Shown piece after piece: positions 27,307 through 37,332 of a stretch of 64,000 bases of DNA. The translations under genes were made by a program, and so were the position numbers. Positions within the stretch are counted from its first letter, which is position 1, and the number at the start of each line of letters is the position of its first letter. The notes beneath the pieces are model-generated. The model was not told the origin of the DNA. It saw only the letters and a list, made by a program, of their open reading frames with translations, and did not search any database. The stretch spans positions 1 to 64,000 of IMG/VR virus record IMGVR_UViG_3300037882_003354; one strand, given 5' to 3'.

Positions 27307-29873
27307 ATTTAGGTTCAGCAGCAGGGGATTTTACACCCCCCAACGTCATGCAATTTTCATTCACCACCACAGCCAGCTGTTCAACCAGTGCTGGCGTGTA
27401 TGATGCAAATGATCGATTGATTCGAACCCTGTGGAGCGGTGCAGCAGTGGGGGCAGGGCTGGTAACTAGATCCTGGGATGGACTGGATGATCAGGGGGAA
27501 TTTGTATCCAACACCGCCACCTACACCATTAAAGTTTTACAAAATAATGTACAGCATGTATACGACGGCGTGGTGGGCAATAGTTCCTGGCGGGACGACG
27601 ATCATCAAAACATGCACAGCCTTTTCGGCGGTGCCCCCTCATGTCTAGATGCAAATGGCAACCAGGTATTTTACACCGCCGCTTATAATGAAGGCCAAAG
27701 AATATTTGGTAGTTTTGACAGCACCCAATCTCAAATCAATACATACAGAGTTGCCTTCCAGGATTTCCTTACCAGTCCCTATAATTTTGCAGTTGACGAT
27801 CAACGGCTGTATTTTATAACTGCTGGCGGATTAGCTCTGGAAGGACAACTCAGTTACCCGCCGAAAACATTCATTTATGCAGTGGCCCTGGATGTCCCTG
27901 ACAATAATCAATCAAGAACTGGATTCTCATCCGGCACCTACCAGTGCCTGTATTATTATCCAGGACCCGAAACCTGTGCTAATCCTTTTCCCGGAATGAT
28001 CAACCTTGACGAGTATTACCCCACCGATCTTGAATCAGTGGGAACACCTGTGGACGTGCCGTCTGGTATTGCTGTGCAAAAAAATGGAACAGTATTGGCC
28101 GTGGCCTACCCCACTAGGGGAAAAATTCAGTTGTTTGACAAAATTACCGGAGTTGAATTACCCAGCATACTCACTCAATTGATTCCACAGGTATTGATTG
28201 ATCGAGTGTGGGACGGCAGCCGAGTGATACCCTGGATGCCCTATCAATTCCGTATGAATCAACTGGCCATGACCACCGCAGGTGATCTGTGGGTCATCAC
28301 TGGACCCACCACGGTGGCCAAATACACCAACCTCTCCACCACCGCCACCATGGTTACATCGTTTTCCATGAACACGCAGGATCCCGTGGCCATTGCAGTG
28401 GATCCAACCAATGGATCCATCTGGGTGATAGACGGTGGCACCAATCAACAGATTAAGAATTTCAGTGCTGCAGGGGTGCTGCTGAGAACCCTGGGAGTAG
28501 CTGGCGGTTCAATTGGCACCCCCAACTTAAATGATGATCAATTTAATTTCACCGTCCTTCAAACACGTCGAAATGCCGATACCCGTGATACAGAAATCTT
28601 GCTCTATCCCAAGGGCGCCCTAACGGTTGATGCAGGTGGCAATGTGTGGGTGTCAGATCCTGGCAACATACGCACTTTGAAATTTAGAAAGGGCACCTCC
28701 ACCGTCATAGACCGAATAACATATCTTGGTGCAACTTATCATGCTCATGTTGATGCTGGCAATCCCAGCCGAGTATTTTCCAGATTCACAGAGTATGCCG
28801 TGAAGTATGACAAACCATTGACCAATCCTGATTCATGGCGCGTCAGGTTAAATTGGTTGGGGGCTATCCCGCCAGAATGGATAAATCCATTAAGTTATGG
28901 TAGCTTCTATGGTTTTGCCGCTGGGTTTAAAAATGTTGTGACCTTGCGTAATGGTAGAACCTATGCACAATTGGGCTTGGGACAACCCCCGCAAGAACCG
29001 TACGGGAATAATCTTTATGTGATAGTAGAACTCCTGGGTAACGGGACCATCAGGCAGGTGCCTAACATAGTGGGTTCACCACTACGTACCAGTTCCACAG
29101 GCATCGGCCAATATCATCCCACGGCTCTCTTTGAATTACATGATTTGTGTAATGATGGCAGCATTGTATATGCAATAACTGAAGAAAACATCAGGCAAAC
29201 CGTCTACCGGCTACAATTGCAAGGCTTTGACAATTCAAATAACCCTGTATGGAATACCGTCCCCGAGGTAATTGCAACTGCTCCTCTGAATGTTACAGGC
29301 TGGGAGTTGGGGGCGCGAACACAGTTTGGGAATGTTCTTTTTCCAATCACATCCGGTGGTAAAGTGATATTTTATAATGCCATTCCTGACTACGCAGGCA
29401 TGCATCTGGGTGCGGTCAACCTGGGAGACACTGAATGGTCCTGGATGACCAGTCCCACTGGTGAAATCGATTTCAAGGGAACATTCGGTGGACGATTGAC
29501 GAATGGCAGGCCCAATGGTTTAAATTACACCGGCATTTATGCAAAAACATGGGAATCAAGTGTAATTTATGGATATCATGGTGAGGGATATAATAATTCT
29601 CAAGCTAACCAGTTTTACCATTTCCATGAATCAGGACTATTTATAAGTCAGTTTGGCGTGCCCGGCTATGTCGCACCACATGGTCGGAGAACCCCAGGTT
29701 GCATTGGCAATGCATTCAGCTGGAATCTGGCACATGTGGCTGGTTCACTGTATCTGTACAGCAATGACGAAAGCATGTTTGGGGGCATCAGCAGGTGGCG
29801 AATTGACCATCTGAACTCGGTGGTCATGCAAACTGGATCGGGTGGTCTGGGCAGCCGCATTAGCCTGACATAA
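27303..29873 (+). CDS. FlgD-Ig plus NHL/beta-propeller protein, putative receptor-binding or cargo protein
   Basis: SAGVYD..RLIRTLW...WDGLDDQG; PSGIAV, PVAIAVD, VWVSDPGN. Confidence 0.7.
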   Translation: MNLGSAAGDFTPPNVMQFSFTTTASCSTSAGVYDANDRLIRTLWSGAAVGAGLVTRSWDGLDDQGEFVSNTATYTIKVLQNNVQHVYDGVVGNSSWRDDDHQNMHSLFGGAPSCLDANGNQVFYTAAYNEGQRIFGSFDSTQSQINTYRVAFQDFLTSPYNFAVDDQRLYFITAGGLALEGQLSYPPKTFIYAVALDVPDNNQSRTGFSSGTYQCLYYYPGPETCANPFPGMINLDEYYPTDLESVGTPVDVPSGIAVQKNGTVLAVAYPTRGKIQLFDKITGVELPSILTQLIPQVLIDRVWDGSRVIPWMPYQFRMNQLAMTTAGDLWVITGPTTVAKYTNLSTTATMVTSFSMNTQDPVAIAVDPTNGSIWVIDGGTNQQIKNFSAAGVLLRTLGVAGGSIGTPNLNDDQFNFTVLQTRRNADTRDTEILLYPKGALTVDAGGNVWVSDPGNIRTLKFRKGTSTVIDRITYLGATYHAHVDAGNPSRVFSRFTEYAVKYDKPLTNPDSWRVRLNWLGAIPPEWINPLSYGSFYGFAAGFKNVVTLRNGRTYAQLGLGQPPQEPYGNNLYVIVELLGNGTIRQVPNIVGSPLRTSSTGIGQYHPTALFELHDLCNDGSIVYAITEENIRQTVYRLQLQGFDNSNNPVWNTVPEVIATAPLNVTGWELGARTQFGNVLFPITSGGKVIFYNAIPDYAGMHLGAVNLGDTEWSWMTSPTGEIDFKGTFGGRLTNGRPNGLNYTGIYAKTWESSVIYGYHGEGYNNSQANQFYHFHESGLFISQFGVPGYVAPHGRRTPGCIGNAFSWNLAHVAGSLYLYSNDESMFGGISRWRIDHLNSVVMQTGSGGLGSRISLT

Positions 29874-29939
29874 ATTTACTTCAAACAACCTGAAGAAATA
29901 ATAAATACATTATCGAACTTTTGACAGGGATATAACCAA

Positions 29940-31829
29940 ATGGCCATTAGACCAGACCTTACACTATTACCAATACTATCCGACCCCACCGAGGGCGGGA
30001 CAGTGTTCATTGTTCAGGATGCTGGCGTTAATCAGACATTGACTGTGGCAAGAACACGAGCGTTACTGTCCACTGTGGGACCCGCTGGGCCACGTGGGCC
30101 ACAGGGATACAGTGGATCAAGGGGTTACACAGGGTCAATTGGATACACTGGCAGTTCAGGCGGCAGCGGCACCGCTGGTTATACTGGCAGCATAGGCTAC
30201 GCCGGCAGCAGTGGCTATGTGGGCAGTCGTGGCAGTGAAGGGTATACTGGCAGTATAGGTTATACTGGCAGTCGTGGTTATACTGGCAGCAGTGGCTATG
30301 TGGGCAGCCAGGGTGAGGAAGGTCCCGAGGGACGCCCGGGTGAGAGAGGTTATTCAGGATCAGTAGGATACACCGGATCAGCGAGTGATGTGGCAGGCCC
30401 ATTAGGATACGCCGGCAGTATAGGCTACACTGGCAGTCGAGGCGACACCGGATATGTCGGATCCAGGGGGGACCTGGGTTACACTGGTAGTATAGGATAC
30501 ACTGGTAGTATAGGTTACACTGGTAGTCAAGGTTACACTGGTAGTCAAGGATACACTGGCAGTATAGGATACACTGGTTCAACTGGTGCTGGCTACGTGG
30601 GCAGCTCGGGATATGCAGGTAGCCAGGGCAGTCTGGGCTATACTGGCTCAATTGGTTACACTGGCAGTCGAGGAGACACTGGATATGACGGATCCAGGGG
30701 TGAACAGGGTTACGCAGGGTCCATTGGTTACACCGGCAGTTCAGGATATACAGGCAGTCAGGGTGATCTGGGATATACTGGCAGTATAGGCTACACTGGC
30801 AGTCAGGGTATACCAGGTGAAGCAGCCGCTCAGGGATACACAGGATCAATTGGTTATACAGGGTCAATTGGCTACACTGGATCAGAAGGTGTTGGGTACA
30901 CAGGATCGGGAGTACGAGGTTACACTGGATCAATTGGCTACACCGGCAGCATTGGCTACACAGGATCGGCCAGTACTGTGCGTGGGTACTTGGGCAGTGT
31001 GGGATATGCGGGATCAATTGGTACTGTGGGATACACTGGCAGCCGTGGCGATTCGGGATACATAGGTTCAGCAAGCATTGTTTCAGGTCCCAGGGGCCCA
31101 CAGGGCCCATCAGGATATGCGGGCAGTCGAGGTGATGTTGGATACGTGGGCAGCCGGGGATACACTGGCAGCATAGGTTATACTGGCAGTCAGGGATACA
31201 CTGGTTCGGTGGGAGCGGTGGGGTCCAGGGGCGATCAGGGATACTATGGATCAAAGGGTTACACTGGCAGTCAAGGATACACCGGCAGCAGAGGATACGA
31301 CGGCAGTCGGGGATACACTGGAAGCATAGGTTATACCGGCAGTGCAGGAAACGACGGGGAAGATGGACTTACTGTTCGTGGTCCGCAGGGATACACCGGC
31401 AGTGTAGGCTATACTGGCAGCATAGGTTACACAGGATCCAGGGGTGCGCAGGGAGCGCAGGGTGTTCAGGGTGTTCAGGGAGCGCAAGGTGCTCAGGGAG
31501 CGCAGGGTGCTCGCGGAGCCTCACCGTATGGATACGCTAATATAGCAGTAACATCTGGTAGAATTGGTATAGCTAATTACTCCAACAACGCGGGATTCCC
31601 CAACGACCGAAATTTCTTTGATGTACTGCCGCCTGGGGGCTATACCATGGCAGGCATCATAGGATTTACACTCAGCATTGGGGCGATTTATTTTAATGGC
31701 GATGTCGATGATAATGATGCCATACGGGCGGAATATTCTTATTTGAGTGATCGTGTTCGCTGTTGGGTCCAAGGTACTGAACAAGATGGGGCGCCAGTTG
31801 GTAATTGGTTCGCAATGTGGGGAGCATAG
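29940..31829 (+). CDS. Collagen-like (GYTGS) tail fibre 2
   Basis: About 480 aa of Gly-X-Y; small globular C-terminal tip. Confidence 0.85.
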   Translation: MAIRPDLTLLPILSDPTEGGTVFIVQDAGVNQTLTVARTRALLSTVGPAGPRGPQGYSGSRGYTGSIGYTGSSGGSGTAGYTGSIGYAGSSGYVGSRGSEGYTGSIGYTGSRGYTGSSGYVGSQGEEGPEGRPGERGYSGSVGYTGSASDVAGPLGYAGSIGYTGSRGDTGYVGSRGDLGYTGSIGYTGSIGYTGSQGYTGSQGYTGSIGYTGSTGAGYVGSSGYAGSQGSLGYTGSIGYTGSRGDTGYDGSRGEQGYAGSIGYTGSSGYTGSQGDLGYTGSIGYTGSQGIPGEAAAQGYTGSIGYTGSIGYTGSEGVGYTGSGVRGYTGSIGYTGSIGYTGSASTVRGYLGSVGYAGSIGTVGYTGSRGDSGYIGSASIVSGPRGPQGPSGYAGSRGDVGYVGSRGYTGSIGYTGSQGYTGSVGAVGSRGDQGYYGSKGYTGSQGYTGSRGYDGSRGYTGSIGYTGSAGNDGEDGLTVRGPQGYTGSVGYTGSIGYTGSRGAQGAQGVQGVQGAQGAQGAQGARGASPYGYANIAVTSGRIGIANYSNNAGFPNDRNFFDVLPPGGYTMAGIIGFTLSIGAIYFNGDVDDNDAIRAEYSYLSDRVRCWVQGTEQDGAPVGNWFAMWGA

Positions 31830-31835
31830 AAATTA

Positions 31836-32219
31836 ATGACAACATACAACTTATTACACGATACACTGACAGGGGTCATCAGTATTATAAACTATGAACC
31901 CAATGCACCTGCAGAATTCAATGTTTATCCAATCACTGAAGCAGAAAAACTTGGTATGGATACAGGTACACACTACTTTGATTTAACTACCAACACCATA
32001 CAGGCAAAACCCGCGGAAGTACTGCAGGCAGAACAAGATATAAAAGCCATTAAAATTGCCAATGCAGGATATAGAACATTTTTAGGATCTACCGATTGGC
32101 AAGTGTTACGTCACATCAGACAACAGTCGCTGGGCATGGCGACTTCGCTGACACAGCAAGAATATCTGGACCTGGAAAATCAAAGACACCAAGCAGCACT
32201 CAGTGTCATTCCAGAATAG
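31836..32219 (+). CDS. Tail fibre assembly chaperone-like protein
   Basis: FLGSTDWQVLRH..Q...L..QR motif directly after a fibre gene. Confidence 0.6.
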   Translation: MTTYNLLHDTLTGVISIINYEPNAPAEFNVYPITEAEKLGMDTGTHYFDLTTNTIQAKPAEVLQAEQDIKAIKIANAGYRTFLGSTDWQVLRHIRQQSLGMATSLTQQEYLDLENQRHQAALSVIPE

Positions 32220-32225
32220 CAGGTA

Positions 32226-32894
32226 TTACACAGATTCTGGAAACAGGATGTCTTGTACAAACTTGGTTATCTGAGCCTCAGGTACACCCATGCTGACCAT
32301 GCTGCGAACCACATGCGGGTTCTGCTTCTGGTAGTGGCAATACCTGTTCTGAGCCTGATGGAAGTCGGCACCGCTCTCCTGTGTCAGACCCACATGTTCC
32401 AGATAATAATCCAGGCTGTCCAAGGCCAGATCGCATAATGCAGTAATTTCGCTCTCTGTGCTGATGTTACCTGCTGCCACCATGGCAGGGCTGAATATGC
32501 TTCGTGCCCAGACGGGCAGTTCACGAGGTTTATTCCATGCATAGTCAGCAGTTTTATTAGCGAACCATTGCATCATCACATGCGAACTATCACCTGCCGA
32601 ACTGAAGTCGTGAAATGCACCAGTTATCTTATGGGCACCACACACTGCATCGAATCCCCAGATGGGGCTGGCATCATTAAAGTGTGGAAATATGGTGCAA
32701 TGTAGTATGTAGGTCTTGTGTGACTCTCGATGGTCCACCACCTCAATGTGCGCCCTGCGATACCTGTTGCTGGTGTACAGACTGTTATGCCATGCATACT
32801 CGTCAGTGGCCACTGGCAGTACATCGCCAGTGTCTTTGAATCTTTGTTCTATGTGACTGGCCAGTGCACTGATATGTGACCAGACGTCAACAGT
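32226..32894 (-). CDS. pcyX: Ferredoxin-dependent bilin reductase (PcyX/PcyA-like)
   Basis: RRAHIEVVD, LHCTIFP, PIWGFD, GAFHDFS, RELPVWA.IFS, QNRYC..QKQNPH. Confidence 0.85.
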   Translation of the reverse strand, partial: TVDVWSHISALASHIEQRFKDTGDVLPVATDEYAWHNSLYTSNRYRRAHIEVVDHRESHKTYILHCTIFPHFNDASPIWGFDAVCGAHKITGAFHDFSSAGDSSHVMMQWFANKTADYAWNKPRELPVWARSIFSPAMVAAGNISTESEITALCDLALDSLDYYLEHVGLTQESGADFHQAQNRYCHYQKQNPHVVRSMVSMGVPEAQITKFVQDILFPESV

Positions 32895-33414
32895 CATATT
32901 CGCGCAGTATTCTGATGGCCCAGTCAAATGCCACATTGGCTTCATCAGCCATGTCATCCGACAGCATGCCACGCATGGTCATCATGAGCGTCTGGACATT
33001 ATCAAAATCCAGATGTCTGTGTGGTGCATCTATAAGTTTCTTGATCATCTGTCCGCCAAACATGTCACCCATGTGCCAGGTGTACAAGTGCGCCAGCACT
33101 CTTTTGGCATCATCAAGACCATTGATATATTGTACGTATTCCCCAGTGATGGGACGAAAGAAATATGTGTCCTGACTGCCACTGATCATGTCATAAAAGT
33201 CGTCTCTGATCAGGTGGGCTCTGGCAATTCCCGGCAATTGATCCAAAAGTCCCATTTTACCAGCCTGGTCTTCAATGGCGTAATACCATTGAAATTTTTG
33301 ATAGGTGTAATCAGTCCATGTGTCTGGTCGCATGGTGCCCGCAAACACTGATCGCATGAAGGCAGTATTCTCAGCCAGGGCATGCCGCTCCTGGGTCAAT
33401 TCTTTTAGGCTCAT
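32887..33414 (-). CDS. hemO: Heme oxygenase
   Basis: LKELT..RH..AE (heme-ligand His); HLYTWHMGDMFGGQMIKK. Confidence 0.9.
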   Translation of the reverse strand: MSLKELTQERHALAENTAFMRSVFAGTMRPDTWTDYTYQKFQWYYAIEDQAGKMGLLDQLPGIARAHLIRDDFYDMISGSQDTYFFRPITGEYVQYINGLDDAKRVLAHLYTWHMGDMFGGQMIKKLIDAPHRHLDFDNVQTLMMTMRGMLSDDMADEANVAFDWAIRILREYDC

Positions 33415-33419
33415 TTATA

Positions 33420-33722
33420 TCACTCCGGCACCACTTGAATGAGCAGGGGAAACTCGTGTGCTCGGGCCATTTGTGTGCCGTCCAGTGCCTTTTGTTCGGC
33501 AATCTCACAACTATAAACACCCACCACTGCATTACCCTGATTGTGAATTTGCAATGTTAATGCAACCGCGGCTTCCGCAGAGTGTTTGAACACCTGCACC
33601 AGCATGGCCACCACAAATTCCACAGTGGTAAAATCATCGTTGCACACAATGACCTTGTACTTAATGGGTTCTTTAACACGTGAGACTGTGTGTGATTTCT
33701 TTTCTATTACGATGTCTGTCAT
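33420..33722 (-). CDS. clpS: Clp protease N-degron adaptor
   Basis: YKVIVCNDDFTTVEFVV, IHNQG..VVGVY..EIAE, FPL. Confidence 0.93.
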   Translation of the reverse strand: MTDIVIEKKSHTVSRVKEPIKYKVIVCNDDFTTVEFVVAMLVQVFKHSAEAAVALTLQIHNQGNAVVGVYSCEIAEQKALDGTQMARAHEFPLLIQVVPE

Positions 33723-33756
33723 AATTTTATTTAAGTGTGTGTTTGACTCTTGGTTC

Positions 33757-33781
33757 AAAAAGGGAGCAGTCTCCTGCTCCC
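33757..33781 (-). terminator. Intrinsic terminator after hsp20
   Basis: GGGAGCAG/CTGCTCCC hairpin plus U-tract on the - strand. Confidence 0.75.
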
Positions 33782-33788
33782 TGGTTGC

Positions 33789-34223
33789 TTACTCCGATTT
33801 CAACTGGAGTTGTCGCGGCTTCAGAGACTCCGGAATCCTGCGATAGAGTGTGATGCTGAGCACGCCGTTCTTCACAGTGCCCTCACCCACCTCCATGTGC
33901 TCTGCCAGTGTCCAACTACGGGTAAAATCCCGTGTGGATAGTCCACGATGCAGATACTGGATGGACTCATCGTCAGGTTTGGTCCGTTGTCCTTTGACCA
34001 CCAATTGATTTTGATCAATCTCAACAGTGATCTCATCTGGCAAAAATCCCGTCACAGCGATTTCCAACTCGTAAGAATCTTCATCGTGTTTGAGAATGTT
34101 GTAGGGTGGATAACTGTTGTTGGCTTGAGTTGCGTGACGATTCTGAAAATCGTCAAACAAGGTGTCAAAACCCAGCAGGGCTCGGTTGAGCGAATTGGTG
34201 TCAAATCTAACTAATTGTGTCAT
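33789..34223 (-). CDS. Small heat shock protein (Hsp20/IbpA-like)
   Basis: YPPYNI, EIAVTGF, YLHRGLS.RDF, NGVLSI. Confidence 0.93.
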   Translation of the reverse strand: MTQLVRFDTNSLNRALLGFDTLFDDFQNRHATQANNSYPPYNILKHDEDSYELEIAVTGFLPDEITVEIDQNQLVVKGQRTKPDDESIQYLHRGLSTRDFTRSWTLAEHMEVGEGTVKNGVLSITLYRRIPESLKPRQLQLKSE

Positions 34224-34306
34224 GATATTTTTCCTTATTAAGTGTTATCATTGTTTTGGGCCCTATGCCCTATGCAGAAGCCATTAGGTCTTCCACACAT
34301 TTATTT

Positions 34307-34335
34307 ATTATAATTAACTACTAGGTATATGTCAA
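34307..34335 (-). promoter_or_regulatory. Consensus sigma70 promoter
   Basis: TTGACA-17-TATAAT upstream of hsp20. Confidence 0.8.
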
Positions 34336-34348
34336 ATGGTTTAAAATA

Positions 34349-34627
34349 TTAATCTTTTGTCACATGATCAGCAATGGGGGACAGTTTGTCCAGATATTCT
34401 TCACGGTAGACACGCTGACTCTCCACGGGATCATATGTGACTTTGTGCTGTTCCTTCATCACACCAAGGATATGATGCTTGAGTTTGTCCACAATACGCC
34501 TGCCCATGTCTTCCATGACCAAGTTTATATCCATGCCAGTGGCAACTTTTTTTAGTGCCACGCCGTATTCGTATATACGCACCCGGTGGGCCCAGGATTC
34601 AAAAGTTTCGTCAGGCAACCTCTTCAC
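34349..34627 (-). CDS. Hypothetical protein
   Basis: 92 aa, helical. Confidence 0.6.
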   Translation of the reverse strand: MKRLPDETFESWAHRVRIYEYGVALKKVATGMDINLVMEDMGRRIVDKLKHHILGVMKEQHKVTYDPVESQRVYREEYLDKLSPIADHVTKD

Positions 34628-34649
34628 TGTATGAACATCTCAATTGTGG

Positions 34650-35459
34650 TTAAATTTCAAACGTGCACCCTGAATTGAAGCCACTGGTATCTTCGTGACC
34701 CACATACCCGCGTGGGTTACTCAGCACCCTGGTGGTACCAATCATATAATCCACGGGATCATGCATGTGGCCGTGGATCCAGTTCTTGATGTTGCCATGA
34801 TCCAGGATCAGTTCACTCAGATCGCTGACATAACCACCGTTCATCAAATGATCGCCCTTGTACTTTTCATGGGTGCTCATGTGACTGGGCCCATGATGCG
34901 TGATGATGACAAACGGCTTGTCTGCATGTTCTTTGAGCATGAGCCGGAAATATTGCAGAGTCTTATAGTGAACACCAGCAGTATGCTCCGGAGTCAGTTT
35001 ATGATAGACGTCTTTACCCACATAGTGGTTTTGAATGACTTTGTAATCACTCATGCAACCCCTCAGATGGTATGCAGTCAAACTGTCATTCTTGTTCAAG
35101 TCAGTCCACAAGGTGCTGCCCATGAACATGACGCCCTGATACTCCACCACTTGATTTTCCAGTATGGTGACGTTCCGGGGCATGATGCTCTTGAGTTGAT
35201 CGTGGGTCTTGTCCAACCGACCGTGGTAATGTTCATGATTTCCTAAAACATAGAACACCTGGTCATACTTGGCACACTCCCACTCAAAAAAGTCCCAGCA
35301 GGATTTGCCTGGCACAGGAGGATAAGGTCGAGTGCTGTGGAATGCCTTGGTGATGCTGCGGGCTTCGGCGATATCGCCAGCCAGAATCAACACCTCTCCA
35401 CCAGGGAGTTCCTGGTATTGAAATTCCAGGTGGAGGTCTGAGCAAACTGAAACTTTCAT
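34650..35459 (-). CDS. Calcineurin-like metallophosphoesterase
   Basis: SDLHLE, LAGDI, GNHEHY, THH.PS, HGHMH. Confidence 0.9.
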   Translation of the reverse strand: MKVSVCSDLHLEFQYQELPGGEVLILAGDIAEARSITKAFHSTRPYPPVPGKSCWDFFEWECAKYDQVFYVLGNHEHYHGRLDKTHDQLKSIMPRNVTILENQVVEYQGVMFMGSTLWTDLNKNDSLTAYHLRGCMSDYKVIQNHYVGKDVYHKLTPEHTAGVHYKTLQYFRLMLKEHADKPFVIITHHGPSHMSTHEKYKGDHLMNGGYVSDLSELILDHGNIKNWIHGHMHDPVDYMIGTTRVLSNPRGYVGHEDTSGFNSGCTFEI

Positions 35460-35479
35460 GATAATCCTTTCTATACACT

Positions 35480-35508
35480 AGTATAGTTGATTTATCCCGA
35501 AATGTCAA
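35480..35508 (-). promoter_or_regulatory. Sigma70 promoter
   Basis: TTGACA-17-TATACT. Confidence 0.75.
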
Positions 35509-35517
35509 TCAGTGCGA

Positions 35518-36048
35518 TTATCTGGGTCGGATCTTGAGTTTGGCATAGATGTTCTGCACACCCACACTCTGACGGATGGCATCTTGTAGTGCATCATGCT
35601 TGCTGTTCTTGGGCATGTCAGGATCGTAACCCAGATCAAACAGCGTACGAGTGTCTCGCAATTGCCAGAAATTCCAGGGCAGGGGCTTGCCCAATTGACG
35701 GTAGATGTTTTCGATGATCACCAGGTCAAAAGTTGCACCGTGTGACCAGAAGGCATCGCAGCCCCAGGCAAATTTATGGAACCGATCCATGGCATCCACC
35801 AGACTGATGCGATCGTCAGGACTGAATGCTTCATCCTGAATGTCGGCAGCTTGCCGACCCCACCAATCCAGAGTGTCGGGATCCACCTCTCTGCCCAGCG
35901 CATCTTGATCGTCTATGCTGATACGGAAATAAATTTTATCACTGTATCCGTTGCCATAGGGGTTGAAATGTACTGCGCCTAAACTCAAGACCACAGCGTT
36001 GGGGGAAACTGCCAAGGTTTCCATATCTAGCATCAAATGTTTGGCCAT
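35518..36048 (-). CDS. DEDDh 3'-5' exonuclease (Rv2179c-like)
   Basis: MLDMETL, SLGAV, GATFD, RDTRT, HDALQD. Confidence 0.88.
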   Translation of the reverse strand: MAKHLMLDMETLAVSPNAVVLSLGAVHFNPYGNGYSDKIYFRISIDDQDALGREVDPDTLDWWGRQAADIQDEAFSPDDRISLVDAMDRFHKFAWGCDAFWSHGATFDLVIIENIYRQLGKPLPWNFWQLRDTRTLFDLGYDPDMPKNSKHDALQDAIRQSVGVQNIYAKLKIRPR

Positions 36049-36084
36049 GCTGGCTTTCTATTAAAAATATAGTCTAATTAACAA

Positions 36085-37047
36085 TTAGTCTGTTGTCGAC
36101 TGCTTCTTTTTCATTGCCATCTTATATCTACGTTGCGCTAGTGCTTCAGGAGACAATTTACTACCCAATTTTCGCTTGCTCATAGCTTGTTTCTCCTCAA
36201 CAGTCCACTTTTTTCCATAATTGGGATTTTTTTCGCCATCCATGTCAGTACGCCCTTTAAATCTCAAACCCACTAATTTTTTAAAATTTTCACCTTTGGG
36301 ACGTTGACCATTCTTTCTTGCTGTTTCAATCTGACGTTGTTTTCCTTCTGGCGTGTATTCTTTATTTTTGTTAGCCTCGTGCATTCTTTGAATTTGCTCG
36401 GGAGTATAGAGTTCTTCCCAAGTCTTTCCTCGTTTTTTAGCTGCACATTTTTCTATAATTGCTGGATCTCGTTTAATCCCACGCAGCGCATCAGATGCGG
36501 CTTTTCGTTTGACGATCACTTCAGGTCGTTGATTGGCGATTCTTCTATTTTCTAATGTTTTAGCTTTACGAACCGGGTCATTCCAGAGTTCATCAACACT
36601 TTTTTTCCGATTAAGTTTACCCTCTTCAGAAATATTTTGTTTCTTACCCCATGCTGGACTCAGTGGACCTTTTAGGGTTTGGAGATGCGCCACTCTTTCC
36701 AATCTTACTGATTCGAACAATCTACTGTTAAGTTTATATCCAGGTTTGTTGTATGAACCGTCCTTCATAATACACATAGCATTAAATGCATGCACCATTT
36801 TATTATGATAACCTATGCTCACATTCATTTTCCATAATATAGCATGTGCTACATAATGTTCTCTTGCAGTAAGACGAACGATATTATTTCTCGTATCTGC
36901 TCCTCCCCAACTTTTAGGTATTATATGATGCCCTTCTGTGTAAACATCTTTGGGTAACGTACGAGTCTGTGCTTTTTTGATAAGCGACTCATACCATCTA
37001 CTATGCTTGGTATCTCTCAATTTTACTTTAAGCGGCCAATTGATCAT
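36085..37047 (-). CDS. HNH homing endonuclease with a basic DNA-binding tail
   Basis: EGHHIIPKSWGG...NIVRLTAREHYVAH; GEKNPNYGKK; AT-rich. Confidence 0.88.
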   Translation of the reverse strand: MINWPLKVKLRDTKHSRWYESLIKKAQTRTLPKDVYTEGHHIIPKSWGGADTRNNIVRLTAREHYVAHAILWKMNVSIGYHNKMVHAFNAMCIMKDGSYNKPGYKLNSRLFESVRLERVAHLQTLKGPLSPAWGKKQNISEEGKLNRKKSVDELWNDPVRKAKTLENRRIANQRPEVIVKRKAASDALRGIKRDPAIIEKCAAKKRGKTWEELYTPEQIQRMHEANKNKEYTPEGKQRQIETARKNGQRPKGENFKKLVGLRFKGRTDMDGEKNPNYGKKWTVEEKQAMSKRKLGSKLSPEALAQRRYKMAMKKKQSTTD

Positions 37048-37095
37048 GATATTTTTAATAATTTAAGTCTTATTATAGCATCAATCTCCATCATG

Positions 37096-37332
37096 TCAAT
37101 ATAATTTTTTAGGCAGCTCTTGTTCCCGCAATTGTTTGAGCCAGCGGGCTCGGGCAGCACCCTTTTTACGTTTACGTTCAGTGGTGGGCTTCTCATAGAA
37201 CATGCCGGATCTGACCACCTCCAGGGTGCCGTTGTCTTCAATCAATTGCTTGAATTTACGCATGGCCACCGTGAGTGGTAGATCCCCCACCGTTATGCTT
37301 GATCCGCGTGTGTTGATTTTATTCCGCTTCAT
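37096..37332 (-). CDS. rpsU: Ribosomal protein bS21
   Basis: AMRKFK...[16 protein letters not shown]. Confidence 0.88.
   Translation of the reverse strand: MKRNKINTRGSSITVGDLPLTVAMRKFKQLIEDNGTLEVVRSGMFYEKPTTERKRKKGAARARWLKQLREQELPKKLY

Noticed and set aside
25844-31254. Long Cys/Gln-rich antisense ORFs (25844..26578 and 30028..31254)
   Set aside because: Shadow frames of the GYTGS repeats
25729-32219. Diversity-generating retroelement acting on the fibre tips
   Set aside because: No reverse transcriptase and no adenine-specific TR/VR pair visible in the window
34349-34627. Glutamyl-tRNA reductase dimerisation-like domain linked to the heme genes
   Set aside because: Resemblance too weak to support without an HMM search
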